From Heterodontus francisci (Eukaryota), in contig NC_090395.1 in the NCBI RefSeq assembly GCF_036365525.1, positions 65,497,326 to 65,561,325 on the forward strand: a stretch of 64,000 nucleotides of DNA, in the 5' to 3' direction. The stretch's first letter is position 1. Every line of letters starts with the position of its first letter. The notes beneath the pieces are model-generated. The model had not been told where the DNA came from. It saw only the letters and a program-made list of their open reading frames with translations, and made no database searches. A program made the position numbers and the translations under genes. Positions 10,977-25,217 of the stretch are shown here, piece after piece.

Positions 10977-13900
10977 TGTGGCAGGGGGATGGGAACCAAA
11001 TGAGGAGGTCAGTGGACAGTAAGGAGGTAGTAACTAAAGCCTGTAAGGAACAAGATAGTGAAGTCAGTGTGACTAAGGGGAAGAGTAGGCAGGGAGCAGA
11101 TGATGAACGCAAAGGAACTGGTGGTCTGAGGTGCATTTGTTTTAATGCAAGACGTGTAGTAGGTAAGACAGATGAACTTAGGGCTTGGATTAGTACCTGG
11201 GAGTATGATGTTATTGCTATTACTGAGACTTGGTTGAGGGAAGGGCATGATTGGCAACTAAATATCCCAGGATATCGATGCTTCAGGCGGGATAGAGAGG
11301 GAGGTAAAAGGGGTGGAGGAGTTGCATTACTGGTCAAAAAGGATATCACAGCTGTGCTAAAGGAAGGCACTATGGAGGACTCGAGCAGTGAGGCAATATG
11401 GGCAGAACTCAGAAATAGGAAGGGTGCGGTAACAATGTTGGGGCTGTACTACAGGCCTCCCACCAGCGAGCGTGAGATAGAAGTACAAATATGTAAACAG
11501 ATTATGGAAAGATGTAGGAGCAACAGGATGGTGGTGATAGGAGATTTAAATTTTCCCAACATTGACTGGGATTCACTTAGTGTTAGAGGTCTAGATGGAG
11601 CAGAATTTGTAAGGAGCATCCAGGAGGGTTTTCTAGAGCAGTATGTAAATAGTCCAACTCGGGAAGGGGCCATACTGGACCTGGTGTTAGGGAATGAGCC
11701 CGGCCAGGTGGTTGAAGTTTCAGTAGGGGACTACTTTGGGAATAGTGATCACAATTCCGTAAGCTTTAAAATACTCATGGACAAAGACGAGAGGGGTCCT
11801 CAAGGAAGAGTGCTAAATTGGGGGAAGGCCAACTGTACCAAAATTCGGCAGGAGCTGGGGAATGTAGATTGGGAGCAGCTGTTTGAAGGTAAATCCACAT
11901 GTGATATGTGGGAGGCTTTTAAAGAGAGGTTGATTAGCGTGCAGGAGAGACATGTTCCTGTGAAAATGAGGGATAGAAATGGCAAGATTAGGGAACCATG
12001 GATGACAGGTGAAATTGTGAGACTAGCTAAGAGGAAAAAGGAAGCATACATAAGGTCTAGGCGGCTGAAGAAAGACGAAGCTTTGAAAGAATATCGGGAA
12101 TGTAGGACCAATCTGAAACGAGGAATTAAGAGGGCTAAAAGGGGTCATGAAATATCTTTAGCAAACAGGTTAAGGAAAATCCCAAAGCCTTCTATTCATA
12201 TATAAGGAGCAAGAGGGTAACTAGAGAAAGGATTGGCCCACTCAAGGACAAAGGAGGAAAGTTATGCGTGGAGTCAGAGAAAATGGGTGAGATTCTAAAC
12301 GAGTACTTTGCATCGGTATTCACCGAGGAGATGGACATGACGGATGTTGAGGTTAGGAACAGATGTTTGATTACTCTAGGTCAAGTCGGCATAAGGAGGG
12401 AGGAAGTGTTGGGTATTCTAAAAGGCATTAAGGTGGACAAGTCCCCAGGTCCGGATGGGATCTATCCCAGGTTACTGAGGGAAGCGAGAGAGGAAATAGC
12501 TGGGGCCTTAACAGATATCTTTGCAGCATCCTTAAACACGGGTGAGGTCCCGGAGGACTGGAGAATTGCTAATGTTGTCCCCTTGTTTAAGAAGGGTGGC
12601 AGGGATAATCCAGGTAATTATAGACCGGTGAGCCTGACGTCAGTGGTAGGGAAGCTGCTGGAGAAGATACTGAGGGATAGGATCTATTCCCATTTGGAAG
12701 AAAATGGGCTTATCAGTGATAGGCAACATGGTTTTGTGCAGGGAAGGTCATGTCTTACCAACTTAATAGAATTCTTTGAGGAAGTGACAAAGTTGATTGA
12801 TGAGGGAAGGGCTGTAGATGTCATATACATGGACTTCAGTAAGGCGTTTGATAATGTTCCTCATGGTAGGTTGATGGAGAAAGTGAAGTCGCATGGGGTC
12901 CAGGGTGTAATAGCTAGATGGATAAAGAACTGGCTGGGCAACAGGAGACAGAGAGTAGCAGTGGAAGGGAGTTTCTCAAAATGGAGACGTGTGACCAGTG
13001 GTGTTCCACAGGGATCTGTGCTGGGACCACTGCTGTTTGTGATATACATAAATGATTTGGAGGAAAGTATAGGTGGTCTGATTAGCAAGTTTGCAGACGA
13101 CACTAAGATTGGTGGAGTAGCAGATAGTGAAGGGGACTGTCAGAGAATACAGCAGAATATAGATAGATTGGAGAGTTGGGCAGAGAAATGGCAGATGGAG
13201 TTCAATCAGGGCAAATGCGAGGTGATGTATTTTGGAAGATCCAATTCAAGAATGAACGATACAGTAAATGGAAAAGTCCTGGGGAAAATTGATGTACAGA
13301 GAGATTTGGGTATTCAGGTACTTTGTTCCCTGAAGGTGGCAATGCAGGTCAATAGAGTGGTCAAGAAGGCATACGGCATGCTTTCCTTCATCGGACGGGG
13401 TATTGAGTACAAGAGTTGGCAGGTCATGTTACAGTTGTAACGGACTTTGGTTTGGCCACATTTGGAATACTGCGTGCAGTTCTGGTCGCCACATTACCAA
13501 AAGGATGTGGATGCTTTGGAGAGGGTGCAGAGGAGGTTCACCAGGATGTTGCCTGGTATGGAGGGCGCTAGCTATGAAGAGAGGTTGAGTAGATTAGGAT
13601 TATTTTCATTAGAAAGACGGAGGTTGAGGGGGGACCTGATTGAGGTGTACAAAATCATGAGAGGTATAGACAGGGTGAATAGCAAGAAGCTTTTTACCCA
13701 GAGTGGGGGATTCAATTACTAGGGGACACGAGTTCAAAGTGAAAGGAGAAAAGTTTAGGGGGGATATGCGTGGAAAGCTCTTTACGCAGAGGGTGGTGGG
13801 TGCCTGGAACGCGTTGCCAGCGGAGGTAGTAGATGCGGGCACGATAGCGTCTTTTAAGATGTATCTAGACAGATCCATGAATGGGCAGGAAGTAAAGAGA
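10976..13900 (+). pseudogene. CR1 ORF2 (endonuclease + reverse transcriptase), disrupted
   Basis: ITETWL, GDLNFP, SDHN, NYRPVSL, GVPQGSVLGP, FADD motifs split over several ORFs. Confidence 0.92.
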
Positions 13901-15034
13901 TACAGACCCTTTGAAAATAGGCGACATGTTTAGATAGAGGATCTGGATCGGCGCAGGCTTGGAGGGCCGAAGGGCCTGTTCCTATGCTGTAATTTTCTTT
14001 GTTCTTTGTTCTTTAACCCCCCAATCAGAAGAAACCATTTTTCACTATTCACTTGATCAGAACTATTCATATTATTGAAAATCTGTATTAAACAGGAAGG
14101 GATGAAAAATGAGCTCAGCATTTGGAACTTCATATCTGGATTTAGCTATGGATGTTAAAGGCAAACACATCTGGATTCTGCCGGACACAGCTTTGGCTTC
14201 AATCTTGAACTGATGTCCTAATTTAAAAACTAATTTTGAAGAGTTGGGATCACAGGGAAAATCTTTAGATCTGCAACTTTTTGTATGAGTGCTCAAGGTG
14301 CTCTCTGGAAGTTCACATTCACATGAATTGAAGACAATCATTAACCCATTCCATTCATGACTGCCTTAAGTTATTGCTGACAGGTATTTGGTTTCATACT
14401 GTATGCACTCTTACTGAAAGATTACTCACTCAAACATTTCCCCTCATAGGAGGAGAAGGATTGACTTGATCTTGAACAGATCTATATTAACAGAAGAAGC
14501 TAAAAAGCTTTAGATTTTACTGTTGCAACATTCAGTCATACAGAAAATCTCAAAACTTTGTTGAGTAAACAGTAAACATTTGAATATTGGTCATCTGACT
14601 CTCAAACTAATTCTCTTGAAGACAAAATAGAAGTCTTGTGCTTGACTGCAACTTATTACAAATGGGTCGAATCAGAGAAATTTATTTCATTAAATACCAA
14701 ACACTTTCAGTTACAATGGTCACATCTCAAAAGTTCAGTGTTACAGTTGAAAGACCAAGGTCCATTTAGATCTCACTTCTACCAGATCATTTCCTGTCAT
14801 TCACCTCTATCATTCTAAACCCATGTTGAATTTTGCTTCCTGCAGCATTCAGGAGAATATTTGCTGTTAATGTAGCAACAGTAACAACTTAATTATTCTT
14901 CCATGTTTAATACTAGACTAGAATGCGCAGAGTATTACAATTGTAAGTTTGTTGATTATGACAAACTATGTTTTCTTTATATTCTGCAGCAAACTATTGA
15001 CATATAATGAAATGGTTAAAGAAAACAAACTCAC

Positions 15035-15123
15035 CCTTTCTGAATTGCGTCAGGTACAAAAGTAGAGAAACAACGAACACAACAAGAAGGGCCCCCAGCA
15101 CACCGAGCACTATGAAGAGCAGG
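15035..15123 (-). CDS. Receptor gene A exon 5: uncharged transmembrane segment
   Basis: SLLFIVLGVLGALLVVFVVSLLLYLTQFRK; acceptor gtgtcacag, donor G|GTGAGT; 89 nt, phase 2-1. Confidence 0.88.
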
Positions 15124-17454
15124 CTGTGACACAGAGCATAGGAAAGGGTCAGTGTTGGTTCACAATTGATTCTTGGTCATTTGTTTAAAGAAAGAAAGTT
15201 TTACATTTATTCTTTCATGACCGCGGGACATCCCAAAACATATTACAGACAATGAAGTACTTTTGATGTGTAGTATCTGTTGTAATGTGGAAAATGTGAC
15301 AGCCAACACAGCAAGGTCCCACAAACAGCAATTGGGTGAATGAACAGGTAATCTGTTTTGTTTCGTGATGTTGGTTAGGGAATAAATATTGGCCATGCCT
15401 CCAGGGAAAGCTGTCCTGCTCTTCTTTGAATATTGCCATGGGATTTGTTACATCCATCTGAGAGGCAGATGGGGCCTGGATTTAACATCTAATCACCGCT
15501 TTCCAATTATAAAGCAAAGAAACCAGCAGAAACAGTCTTTCTTAGGTTTTAAAAAGAAAAGTTGAAATTTATTACATTTAAACTCTAATTCGGTTAATGC
15601 CTACGGATATACACAGCGCCCACACTAGTAAGCATACGCGATATATGCATTCAGATAGAGATAGAAAGAAAACAGAAGAATAAAGTGGAAAAGTTTGAGG
15701 CAATATCTGAGGAGGTTTTTTGTGTTACAATTCTTCGAGCTCATTGCAGTGTCCTTGATTTTAGGTAGATCTTGCTTTTCGTTGGGGCCCATTATTCTTC
15801 TTAAACCTTGTTAGCTGTAGGAGACCTTGCTCTTTTGGGGTTCATGTGTCTTCAGTGGATTTGGAGCTCCGTGAGAAAGAGATGGGAGCAGATAGACAGG
15901 AGAGGAGATCTTCTCAGTCCAGAAACAAACAGCTTTCTGTCCAAACTGTTTGCACAAATTCAAAAAACTCAAGTTGCCCAGAATTTTAGTCATGTGACTA
16001 GCTGGTTTCACCATGTCCGTTTGTGAATTGGGTCATTTTAGCAGTCAACCTGGAATGAGAGCTCCCCTACCTTCAACGTCTAATGATCAAAAGTCTATTG
16101 TAGGTTGAATGTCAGGGAATGGCTGCTTTGTCTTTCCAAACCCCGTCTTTTAATATGCAAATGTCTTTTCCAGCCATGGATGATTTGTTCAACACATCCT
16201 TCCCGCACTCCAGTAACAGTTTAAAATCATGAAAACATTAATGTGCCTCATTCTTGGTAGGTGGGGCCTAGCATGACACCTCCACACCCAGCGGAATGAA
16301 ATGTGACTTGAGAAACGACGCATTTCATTAAAAGGGTCGAGAAAAATGTAAAATACAGAAAAAACCATGGATTTCTCTCATTCATTCCTAAATCCTAAAC
16401 CTTATTACGGCCTGTCTTCTCTTGGTGCTAGTGCTGCTTTAATTGCCCCTTTTTGGCATCCCAATAGACATGTGGTTCTTTTTTTTGGGAGGTTTCTCTT
16501 CCGTCTGCCCATTTCCATGGCTGCCTAGGGGCTTTGATCCTGCTGAGGTATTTTTTTGTTTAAAAGAGTCAGTAGTGGGCGGGTCTATCCTGAACTCTCT
16601 TTCAGTGCTTTGCTGAGTCATGCAAAGGCTTTTGACTTCAGGGGATGGGTGGTTTGCTTTTTTTCTGACTATGTGGGAGGATTCTTTGCTAATCTCCCCT
16701 TTGTCCCAGAGGACATGCCTGCCTGCAGGTATTTGTGCAGACTCTACTGCAATCCCCTGTGGCACTTTGACTAGGTGAGGCATCACCCTTACAGTTTCTC
16801 TGCCCCCTCTGTAGGTTCCTGTAAATGCTGTTAGCAACTCTGGTGGGGTGCTTCTAGTGTTTGCATTTATGTAGGGGGATGTGGGGTCTAACTTTCACAT
16901 TTTTCAGGGGTGGCTGACCGAACAGAAGGGGTTTTCATCCGGGATTCCTCCCAGACTTCCTTTAACCTGCCGTCTTGGTCACTTTTTCCCATTCCCTTTC
17001 TAAACGTTTGCCAGCCTTGTGCTTGCCTGTCCCATTTTGTTTTCGGCTGGGGGCCCTTACAATTCACCAGCCCTCTGCTGGAGGGTCCTCCTAACACCAG
17101 TACAGGACTTAGGGGTGCAGGCTTCACTGCAGGTTGGGATTTCCCCTCAACATGTGGCAACTCCTGCAGTACTCAACCACATCTTTGTGGAGCTTTGGCT
17201 AGTCAAACCGCTGTCTTCTGGAGGCTTTGGTCTTTGGTATGTACCGGCATGTACAGCCACTGTCGTCTTGTGGGCCCTTCTTAATATTTGTTTCTGGTAT
17301 CTCTGCGGCCCCACTAACTGGTAAATACTGTCCACTCCTCGCTCACAGGTCTGTGAGGAGAACTCCATTTCCTCATCAGTACCTCATTCTTTAAATAGTA
17401 GCATCAGGGACTCTCTGCTTCACTTTCAGACTGGGCAGCCTGTGCTAATTTATT

Positions 17455-19298
17455 GAAACATAGAAAATAGGAGCAAGAGTAGGCCATTCAGCCCTTCGAG
17501 CCTGCTCCGCCATTCATTATGATTATGGCTGATCATCCAACTCAGTAATCTGTTCCTGCTTTCGCCTCATATCCTTTGATCCCTTTCGCCCCAAGAGCTA
17601 TATCTAACTTATTCTTGAAAGCATACAATGTTTTGGCCTCAACTGCTTTCTGTGGTAGCGAATTCCACAGGTTCACTACTCTCTGGGTGAAGAAATTTCA
17701 CCTCATCTCAGTCCTGAAAGGTTTACCCTGTATCCTTAGACTATGACCCCTGGTTCTGGACTCCCCCACCATCGGGAACATTCTTCCTGCATCTACCCTG
17801 TCAAGTTCTGTTAGAATTTTATAGGTTTCTATGAGATCCCCCCCTCACTCTTCTGAACTCCAGCAAATATAATCCTAACCGACTCAATCTCTCCTCATAC
17901 GTCATCATCATCCCAGGAATCAGTCTGGTAAACCTTTGCTGCACTCCCTCCATAGCAAGAACATCCTTCCTCAGATAAGGAGACCAAAATTGCACACAAT
18001 ATTCCAGGTATGGCCTCACCAAGGCCCTGTATAATTGCAGCAAGACATCCCTGCTCCTGTACTCAAATCCTCTCGCTATGAAGGCCGACATACCATTTGC
18101 CTTTTTTACCGCCTGTTGGACCTGCATGCGACTCTACTGGTTACATCCTCGAAGAATTCTAGTAGATTTGTTCTCCAAGTGCTCTGCTATAAAATCTTTG
18201 ATAATGGATTCTAGAATTTTCCCCACTACCGACGTTAGGCTGACTGGTTTATAATTCAGCGACTGATGTACGAGAACACCCAGATCTCGTTCCATATTCC
18301 CCTCTCTCAGTTTATAGCCGTTCAGATAATAATCTGCCTTCCTGTTTTTGCTACCAAAGTGGATAACCTCACATTTATCCACATTATACTGCATCTGCCA
18401 TGCATTTTCCCACTCACTCAACTTGTCCAAATCACCCTGAAGCCTCTCTGCATCCTCCACAAAACTCACCCTCCCACCCGGTTTTGTGCCATCTGCAAAT
18501 TTGGAAATATTACATTTAATTCCCTCATCTACATCATTAATATGTATTGTGAATAGCTGGGGTCCTAGCACCAATCCCTGCGGTACCCCACTAGTCACTG
18601 CCTGCCATTCGGAAAAAGACCCATTTATCCCTACTCTTTGTTTCCTGTCTTCCAACCAATTTTCTATCCATCGCAATACACTACTCCCAATCCCATGTGT
18701 TTTAATTTTGCACACTAATTTCTTATGTGGGACTTTGTCGAAATCCTTCTGAAAGTCCAAATATATCACATCCACTGCCTCCCCCTCATCAACTCTACTG
18801 GTTACATCCTCGAAGAATTCTAGTAGATTTGTTCTCCAAGTGCTCTGCTATAAAATCTTTGATAATGGATTGTAGAATTTTCCCCACTACCGACGTCAGG
18901 CTGACTGGTCTATAATTCCCTGCTTTCTCTCTACCTCCCTTTTTAAATAATGGGTTACATTAGCTACCCTCCAATCTGTAGGAATTGTTCCAGAGTCTAT
19001 AGAATCTTGGAAGATGACCACCAATGCATCCACTATTTATAGGGCTACTTCCTTATGTACTCTGGGATGCAGACCATCAGGCCCTGGGGATTTATCGGCC
19101 TTCAATCCCAAAAATTTCGCCAAAACCATTTCTCTACTAATACTGATTTCCTTCAGTTCTTTTCTCTCACTAAACCCTGTGTTCCCCAACATTTCTGGTA
19201 TGATATTTGTGTCCTCCTTTGTGAAGACAGAACCAAAGTGTGCATTTAGTTGGTTAGCCATTTCTTTGATCGGGATAATAAATCCCCTGTTTCTGACT
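17455..19298 (-). mobile_element. CR1 RT/3' fragment nested in the LTR element
   Basis: [27 protein letters not shown]; CR1 3' tail. Confidence 0.9.
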
Positions 19299-20673
19299 GT
19301 TGCAATACTGTGTCGGCTTGCTGAGCATCAGCTAGGAAAAATCGATTTAATTCATTCCCTGGGTCTCCTAACTTTACAAAGAAAGTCTCAGACAGACAGA
19401 CCTGGTCATCTGCCTGCAGTGCCAATTCAGTCTCCTCCGGGGAGCTGGTTTGATCATGGCCTGATCCACTACACATTCTGGGAAACTGCAGGGGTCCGTC
19501 TCCTGCCACTGTCCTGTCTCTCTGACCTCCTGCCGTCTTTCTTTCACTACTGGGGGGCTACCACCTTCACCCCCGCAAGATCTTTACCTAGCAGCAGGTC
19601 AACCCCATCCACAGGCAAACTAGGGACAATCCCTACGGTCCCCGGTCCTGAAACTAGGTTGCACTTCAGGTGCACAAGGTGTACAGGTACAGGCATACAT
19701 TGCCCTCCCATACCATTCATCAGCATTCTGGTGTTCACTGCACTCTCTGGGGGAAAGATCAGGCCTTTTCCCAGTAAAAGGGATCTAGTGGCCCCTGTGT
19801 CCCTGAGAATTACTATGGACTTGCTTACCCCACTCAAGGGGTATGGAGTTACTTTCCCTTCGGACACAAAGCCCTGATAATCTTCAGGAATCCTATTAAA
19901 TTTTCCTGCACTTGCAGCCGTAAACTTCCTGGGTCTCACTCTTTGCAGTTAAAGCCACAGCTTGTTCTGCTGTGCTTTCCATCAGGGTCCCGTCTTCACT
20001 GAGCAGGTGTGCCCTGATTAACCCTACCAGCTTTCCCTTTAGTTTCCAGCAGTCAGCTTTTAAATACCCTGCCTTATTACAATGGAAGCACACAGGTCTC
20101 CGGGTCTTACTCTTGCTCACAGCACCTTCTTTTTTGGCTAGAGGAGGGCCCTCTGTGTCTCCTGTTTTCCTTTCTCTCCCAGGACTGCTTGGGCTGCTAT
20201 CACCTTCCCACACTTTATCCTTTTCGGATTTGTGGGGGTGACCAGAAAAGGTTCTCCCCTGGAAAATTGAATTATAAAATAAAGCAACTCATCGGCCATG
20301 CGGCCCCTTGTCTGGCTCTCTGAACCTGCTGCTCCTCTACATGGGTCTTTATGGAGAGTGGGAGAGAGTGTTTAAATTCATCTAACAGAATTACTTCTCT
20401 GAGATTCTCATAGCTGAGCTGTACTTTAAGAGCCCTCAGCCGCTGGTCAAACTCCAGATAAGTTTGATTAGCTTGCTTCTTGAGGTTTCTAAACTTTTGG
20501 CAATAGGCTTTGGATACTAATTCATATGCCCCGAGGATAGCATTTTTGGCCAGTTCATAATTTGATGAACTCTCATCTGGCAACAGGGAATAAAACTCAT
20601 GGGCTTTTCCAGTTAGCTTGCTTTGCAGCAAAAGAGGCTAGGTCTCAGCTGGCCATTTTAGCTGCCTTGCCAT

Positions 20674-21575
20674 AGAGTCATAGAGAGTTATACAGCACAG
20701 AAACAATCCCTTCGGCCCATCGTTTCTGTGTGGCCATCAAGCACCTATGTATTCTAATCCATTTTCCAGCACTTGGCTCATAGACATGTATGCTATGGTG
20801 TTTCAAGTGCTCATCTAAATACTTCTTAAATGTTGCGAGGGTTGCTGCCTCTACCACCTCTTCAGGCAGTGTGTTCCAGATTCCAACCACTGTCCAGGTG
20901 AAAAAATTTTTCCTCAAATCCCCTCTAAACTTTCTGCCCCTTACCTTAAATCTATGCCTCCTGGTTATTGACTGCTCCACTAAGGGAAAATGTTTCTTCC
21001 TTTCTATCCTATCAATGCCCCTTATAATTTTGTGTACCTCAATCAGTTCCCCCCTCAGCCTTCTCTGCTCAAAGGAAATCAACCTCAGCCTATCCAGTCT
21101 CTCTTCTTAGCTGAAATGCTCCAGCCAAGGAAACATCCTGCTGAATCTCCTCTGCACCCTCTCCAGTGCAATCACATCCTTCCTATAGTGTGGTGCCCAG
21201 AACTGTACACAGTACTCCAGCTGTGGCCTAACTAGCGCTTAATACAATGCCATCATAACCTCCCCGTTCTTATATTCTATACCTCAGCTAATAAAGGCAA
21301 GTATCCCATATGCCTTCCTAATTCCTTATCTACTTGGGCTGATGACTTCAGTGATCTATGGACAAGTACACCAAGGTCCCGCTGACCCTCTGTACTTCCG
21401 AGGGTCTGAGCATCCATTGTATGTTCCCTTGCCTTGTTAGATCTCCCAAAATGCATCACCTCACAATTCTCAGGATTAAATTCCATTTGCCACAGCTCTG
21501 CCCATCTTACCAGCCCATCTATATCGTCCTGAAATCTAAGGCATTTCCTCCTCACTATTTACGACACCACCAATT
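20674..21575 (-). mobile_element. CR1 3' fragment nested in gag
   Basis: WAELWQMEFN, RRLRGELIEV..; (ctatga) tail. Confidence 0.88.
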
Positions 21576-22701
21576 TTCTCAAAGGACACAAAAAATACTT
21601 CTACATATTGCTCATTGAATGTTGGAATTAATTGAGCTTGTTTTAGCAATTCTGCTCCCAGCCCTGAATTACGCTCCTACATATTGGCCATGCTTTCACT
21701 GGGGTTACTCTGTCCGCCCCTTGTTAATTCAAGCTGCTTCAGCTCTCTTTCTTCGCATTCCTTCCGGAATATTCTTTCTCTCTCTCTCTCGTCTCTATTT
21801 CGTTCCTTCTCCTGTTTTACTTTTTCTTCACGTTCCTTCTTGAAGGCTCTCTTTTTCTCCCTATCCTGCCTCTCTCTCTTTTTTTCCTGTCTCTCCCTTT
21901 CTCTTTCTCTTTCCCTGTCTTCTAATTCAAGTTTCCTTTGTTCCAATTGTATCTTTGCTAGCCATACCCTGTCGGGGCCTACTTCTAACACTGCTTCTGC
22001 TTCTTCAGATTCAGGGAAAAAATGGTTGGCCACTAGCCTTAAGAGTTCAGACTTCCTAGCCTTGCCACAGACAGTGATCCCACGCTGCTCAGCCATTTTT
22101 CTCAGCTGCTCCACAGACAGTGCTTTTAACTTATCCCAAGTTATTTCAGCCTGGCTTGGAGAGCTGCTAGCCTCAGTTGCAGACATGTTAGTATTCAAGC
22201 ACATCCAACCACAAGAAAACCTGTATTGAAATCTTGCTCTTTTTCACTGGGAGTAATTTGGCTTCCCACTTCCAGTTTCTCTCATTTGTCTTTGGGTCAA
22301 TTCTGGCTGCTAGCACCCAAATTTTTGTTATGACCAGGTGAGACCAGGGTTCCCTTTCAGCCTTCACCTGGTCTTACTGTAACAGGGTTTAATTTTAAAC
22401 ACACCGTGTTTTTAGCTCCCCCTTGGTGAATCCTTGTTCACCGCTTTCCAATTATAAGGCAAAGAAACCAGCACAAACAGGCTTTCTTAGGTTTAAAGAA
22501 GAAAAGTTGAAATTTATTAAACTTAAACTCTAATTCGGTTAACACCTATGGATGTACGCCACGCCCACACTAGCATGCGTACTTAATTCACACATGCAGA
22601 TAGAGACAGAAAGAAAACAGAAGAAATAAAGTGGAAAAATTTGAGACTATATCTGAGGAGGTTTTTTGTGTTATGGTTCTTTGAGCTCTCTGTAGTGTCC
22701 T

Positions 22702-22927
22702 TTAGATTAGATTAGAGATACAGCACTGAAACAGGCCCTTCGGCCCACCGAGTCTGTGCTGACCATCAACCACCCATTTATACTAATCCTACACTAATCC
22801 CATATTCCTACCAAACATCCCCATCTGTCCCTATATTTCCCTATCACCTACCTATACTAGTGACAATTTATAATGGCCAATTTACCTACCAACCTGCAAG
22901 TCTTTTGGCTTGTGGGAGGAAACCGGA
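22702..22927 (-). mobile_element. HE1-type SINE 3' half inserted in the 5' LTR
   Basis: Reverse complement of the 3' part of 62064-62410; absent from the other LTR. Confidence 0.85.
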
Positions 22928-23916
22928 TTTGGAGTTCCGTGAGAAAGAGATGGAAGCAGACAGACAGGAGAGGAGATCTTCTCAGTCTAGGAGCAAACAG
23001 CTTTCTGTCCAAACTGTACAAATTCAAAAAACTCAGGTTGCCCAGCAGGTTAGTCATGTGACTAGGTGGTTTTAGCATGTCCGTTTGTATATTCGACCAT
23101 CTTAGCAGTCAACCTGGAATGAGAGCTCCCCCACTTTCAATGTCTGATGATCAAAAGTCCATTGTAAGTTGAACGTCAGGGAATGGTTGCTTTGTTCCTC
23201 CAAACACCGTCTGTTAATATACAAATGTCTTTTCCAGCCATGGCTGATCTGTTTAACAAGTCCTTTCTTCACTCCAGTAACAGTTTAAAAATCAATGTCC
23301 ATGAAAAAAAACTAATGTGCCTCATTTTTGGCACGTAGGGGCCTAGTATGACAGATGGCATCTCTGACAGCACAGTATTAACTCAGTATTGCATTGGATT
23401 GTCAGCCTGGAGGGAACATGGACCCATAACTTTTGGTTTGAGCAGTTGAGCGTTCTTCCACTGAGCCATAGCTAATCTGCAGCAAGCTTCAGCTGCACAG
23501 GAGGGGCAGAAGAAGAGTGGAAGAGCAATAATGATAGGGGATTCAATAGTCAGGGGATCAGACAGGCGTTTTTGTGGCAGTAAACGTGACTCCAGGATAG
23601 TATGCTGCCTCCCTGGTGCCAGGGTCAAGGATGTCACAAAGTAACCATAGTAAATAATTGAAAGGGCACCACCTGATGGGCAGCAAAATGGAAGTGATTA
23701 CTACTTATTTTCATTTCCCATCAACAAATATAGCACCTTTGTTAAGGAGCTAAGACAACAGCATGATGTTAACCAAGCCATCATTTCCATTCTGATGATT
23801 TACATGCTGAAAAAATACATGACTTTCATTCCTTATGTCAAAATGATTAAAGAACATTGGAACAGCTTCCATGTGAGAGATTAACAATCAAAACACCAGC
23901 AATGAGAACATTGTAC

Positions 23917-24037
23917 CTGTCCGTAGATTTGTGTTCTGAAGATTGATTCTGATTATCAGTGGAATTTATATTTGTACTTGTAGAATGTATAGTTGCTGGT
24001 GATACTGTTGAAGAAAAATCACAAAAATATTCCGGTC
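23917..24037 (-). CDS. Receptor gene A exon 4: Ser/Thr-rich stalk
   Basis: GPEYFCDFSSTVSPATIHSTSTNINSTDNQNQSSEHKSTD; acceptor gtttcaacag, donor AG|GTACAA; 121 nt, phase 1-2; homologous exon in gene B. Confidence 0.85.
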
Positions 24038-24629
24038 CTGTTGAAACAAGGGAATAACATGCAGAGTCAACTCATTTTCACTTGTAGTCAGTCAAGAGAA
24101 GACCATTGTCAAGTGGAAGCTCATTACTTGAGTAAAAACCTGGTAGATATAATGGATTTGGATGGTTTAATTTCTGTGCAATTTCCCCCTCTTTGTTAGC
24201 AAGGAGAGATGATGCATACACCTGACAGTGACTTGTTTTTACTGATAATTTCTATTCTTGCCCATATTTGAGAGTTGGTGGCACAGGGTTACTATTGGGG
24301 ACAGTTAAAGGGCTCAGGTTGGTGGCCTGCAATTCAGATATCCCTTTGTGCCCATGAACGTTGCACGATCATATTAATTTGTCACGTGCTAATATTGACA
24401 ATCGTCATTTCTTGCCTCTTGGGATCAGTTTTCTGAGCTTGCAGTAGCAACGGGAAGCCTCACCCATTGGTAATGGATATTGTAATATCCTGCCAGTGAT
24501 TTTCTGTCTATTTAATTATAATGACCTGTGTTGCTGGTGGGACAGGCTCCCCACCTCGCGTGATCACTCAGATAATTAGCTTGGGTTAATAAGTAAATCA
24601 GACTTAAGTAAATAATTTGTTTCCAATGT

Positions 24630-25085
24630 TAAGAAATAACCTGCACTGATGCAGCACCTTTCACAACCTCAGGACATCCCAAAGTGCTTCACTGTCAATG
24701 AAGTAGTTATTTGAAGCGTAGTCACAGTTCTCATATAAGGAAGAGCGGAAGCTAATTCCTGTAAAGCAAGGTCCCGAAAACAGCTTTAAGGTAATTCACC
24801 AAATAATATGCTTTTTAGCGACATTGGTTGAGGAATGAATGCTTGCTGTGACACCAACTTCCCTATCCTTCTTTGAACAATATCCTGGGATCTTTTACAC
24901 CTACCTGAGCAGGCACATGGTTCCTTAGTATAACATCTCATCCAGACAACAGCATCTCCAAAAGCATAGCACTACCTCCGTGTTGGACAGTAGCATCTAC
25001 CCCAATTTTATCTCTGAAAGGTGACTTGAACCCACAACTGACTGGCAGCAGAAATCAGAGTGCTACCAACTGAGCCCCTGCTGAC
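24630..25085 (-). mobile_element. Deu-domain (SacSINE1-like) SINE; related copies at ~39287-39543 (+) and ~51500-51770
   Basis: tRNA-like head and conserved core (aacatctcatcc..gcagcactccctcag) recurring in the window. Confidence 0.65.
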
Positions 25086-25217
25086 AGCTACATTACAAAT
25101 GCTGTTTACAGGTGATATTTTTACCTGTAGCTGACAGTCTTCTTTTCTGACAGCTAAAGCAGGTGACCATATTGGCATATGACTGGAGTCAATATTTGCA
25201 TATGCAAACTTATATTT

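Larger units (their letters stand above)
9501..14012 (+). mobile_element. Near full-length young CR1 LINE, antisense to gene A
   Basis: 5' tandem repeats, ORF1, ORF2 (APE + RT, SKFADD) with few lesions (~12170, 13438, ~13690), 3' stem-loop and gttcttt tail. Confidence 0.95.
15493..23353 (-). mobile_element. Gmr1-like Gypsy LTR element (gag-pro only) with nested insertions
   Basis: LTRs at 22326-23353 and ~15493-16278, PBS-like and PPT-like flanks; gag LQSKLTGKA..AILGAYELV, CFHCNKAG..ADC, protease ILRDTGA; splits a Deu-type SINE (~15180-15492 and 23354-23475). Confidence 0.85.

Noticed and set aside
19014-19877. 287-aa plus-strand ORF
   Set aside because: Antisense shadow spanning a CR1/Gypsy protease junction
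21684-22229. 181-aa Ser/Leu-rich ORF
   Set aside because: Antisense of the Glu/Arg-rich gag coiled coil
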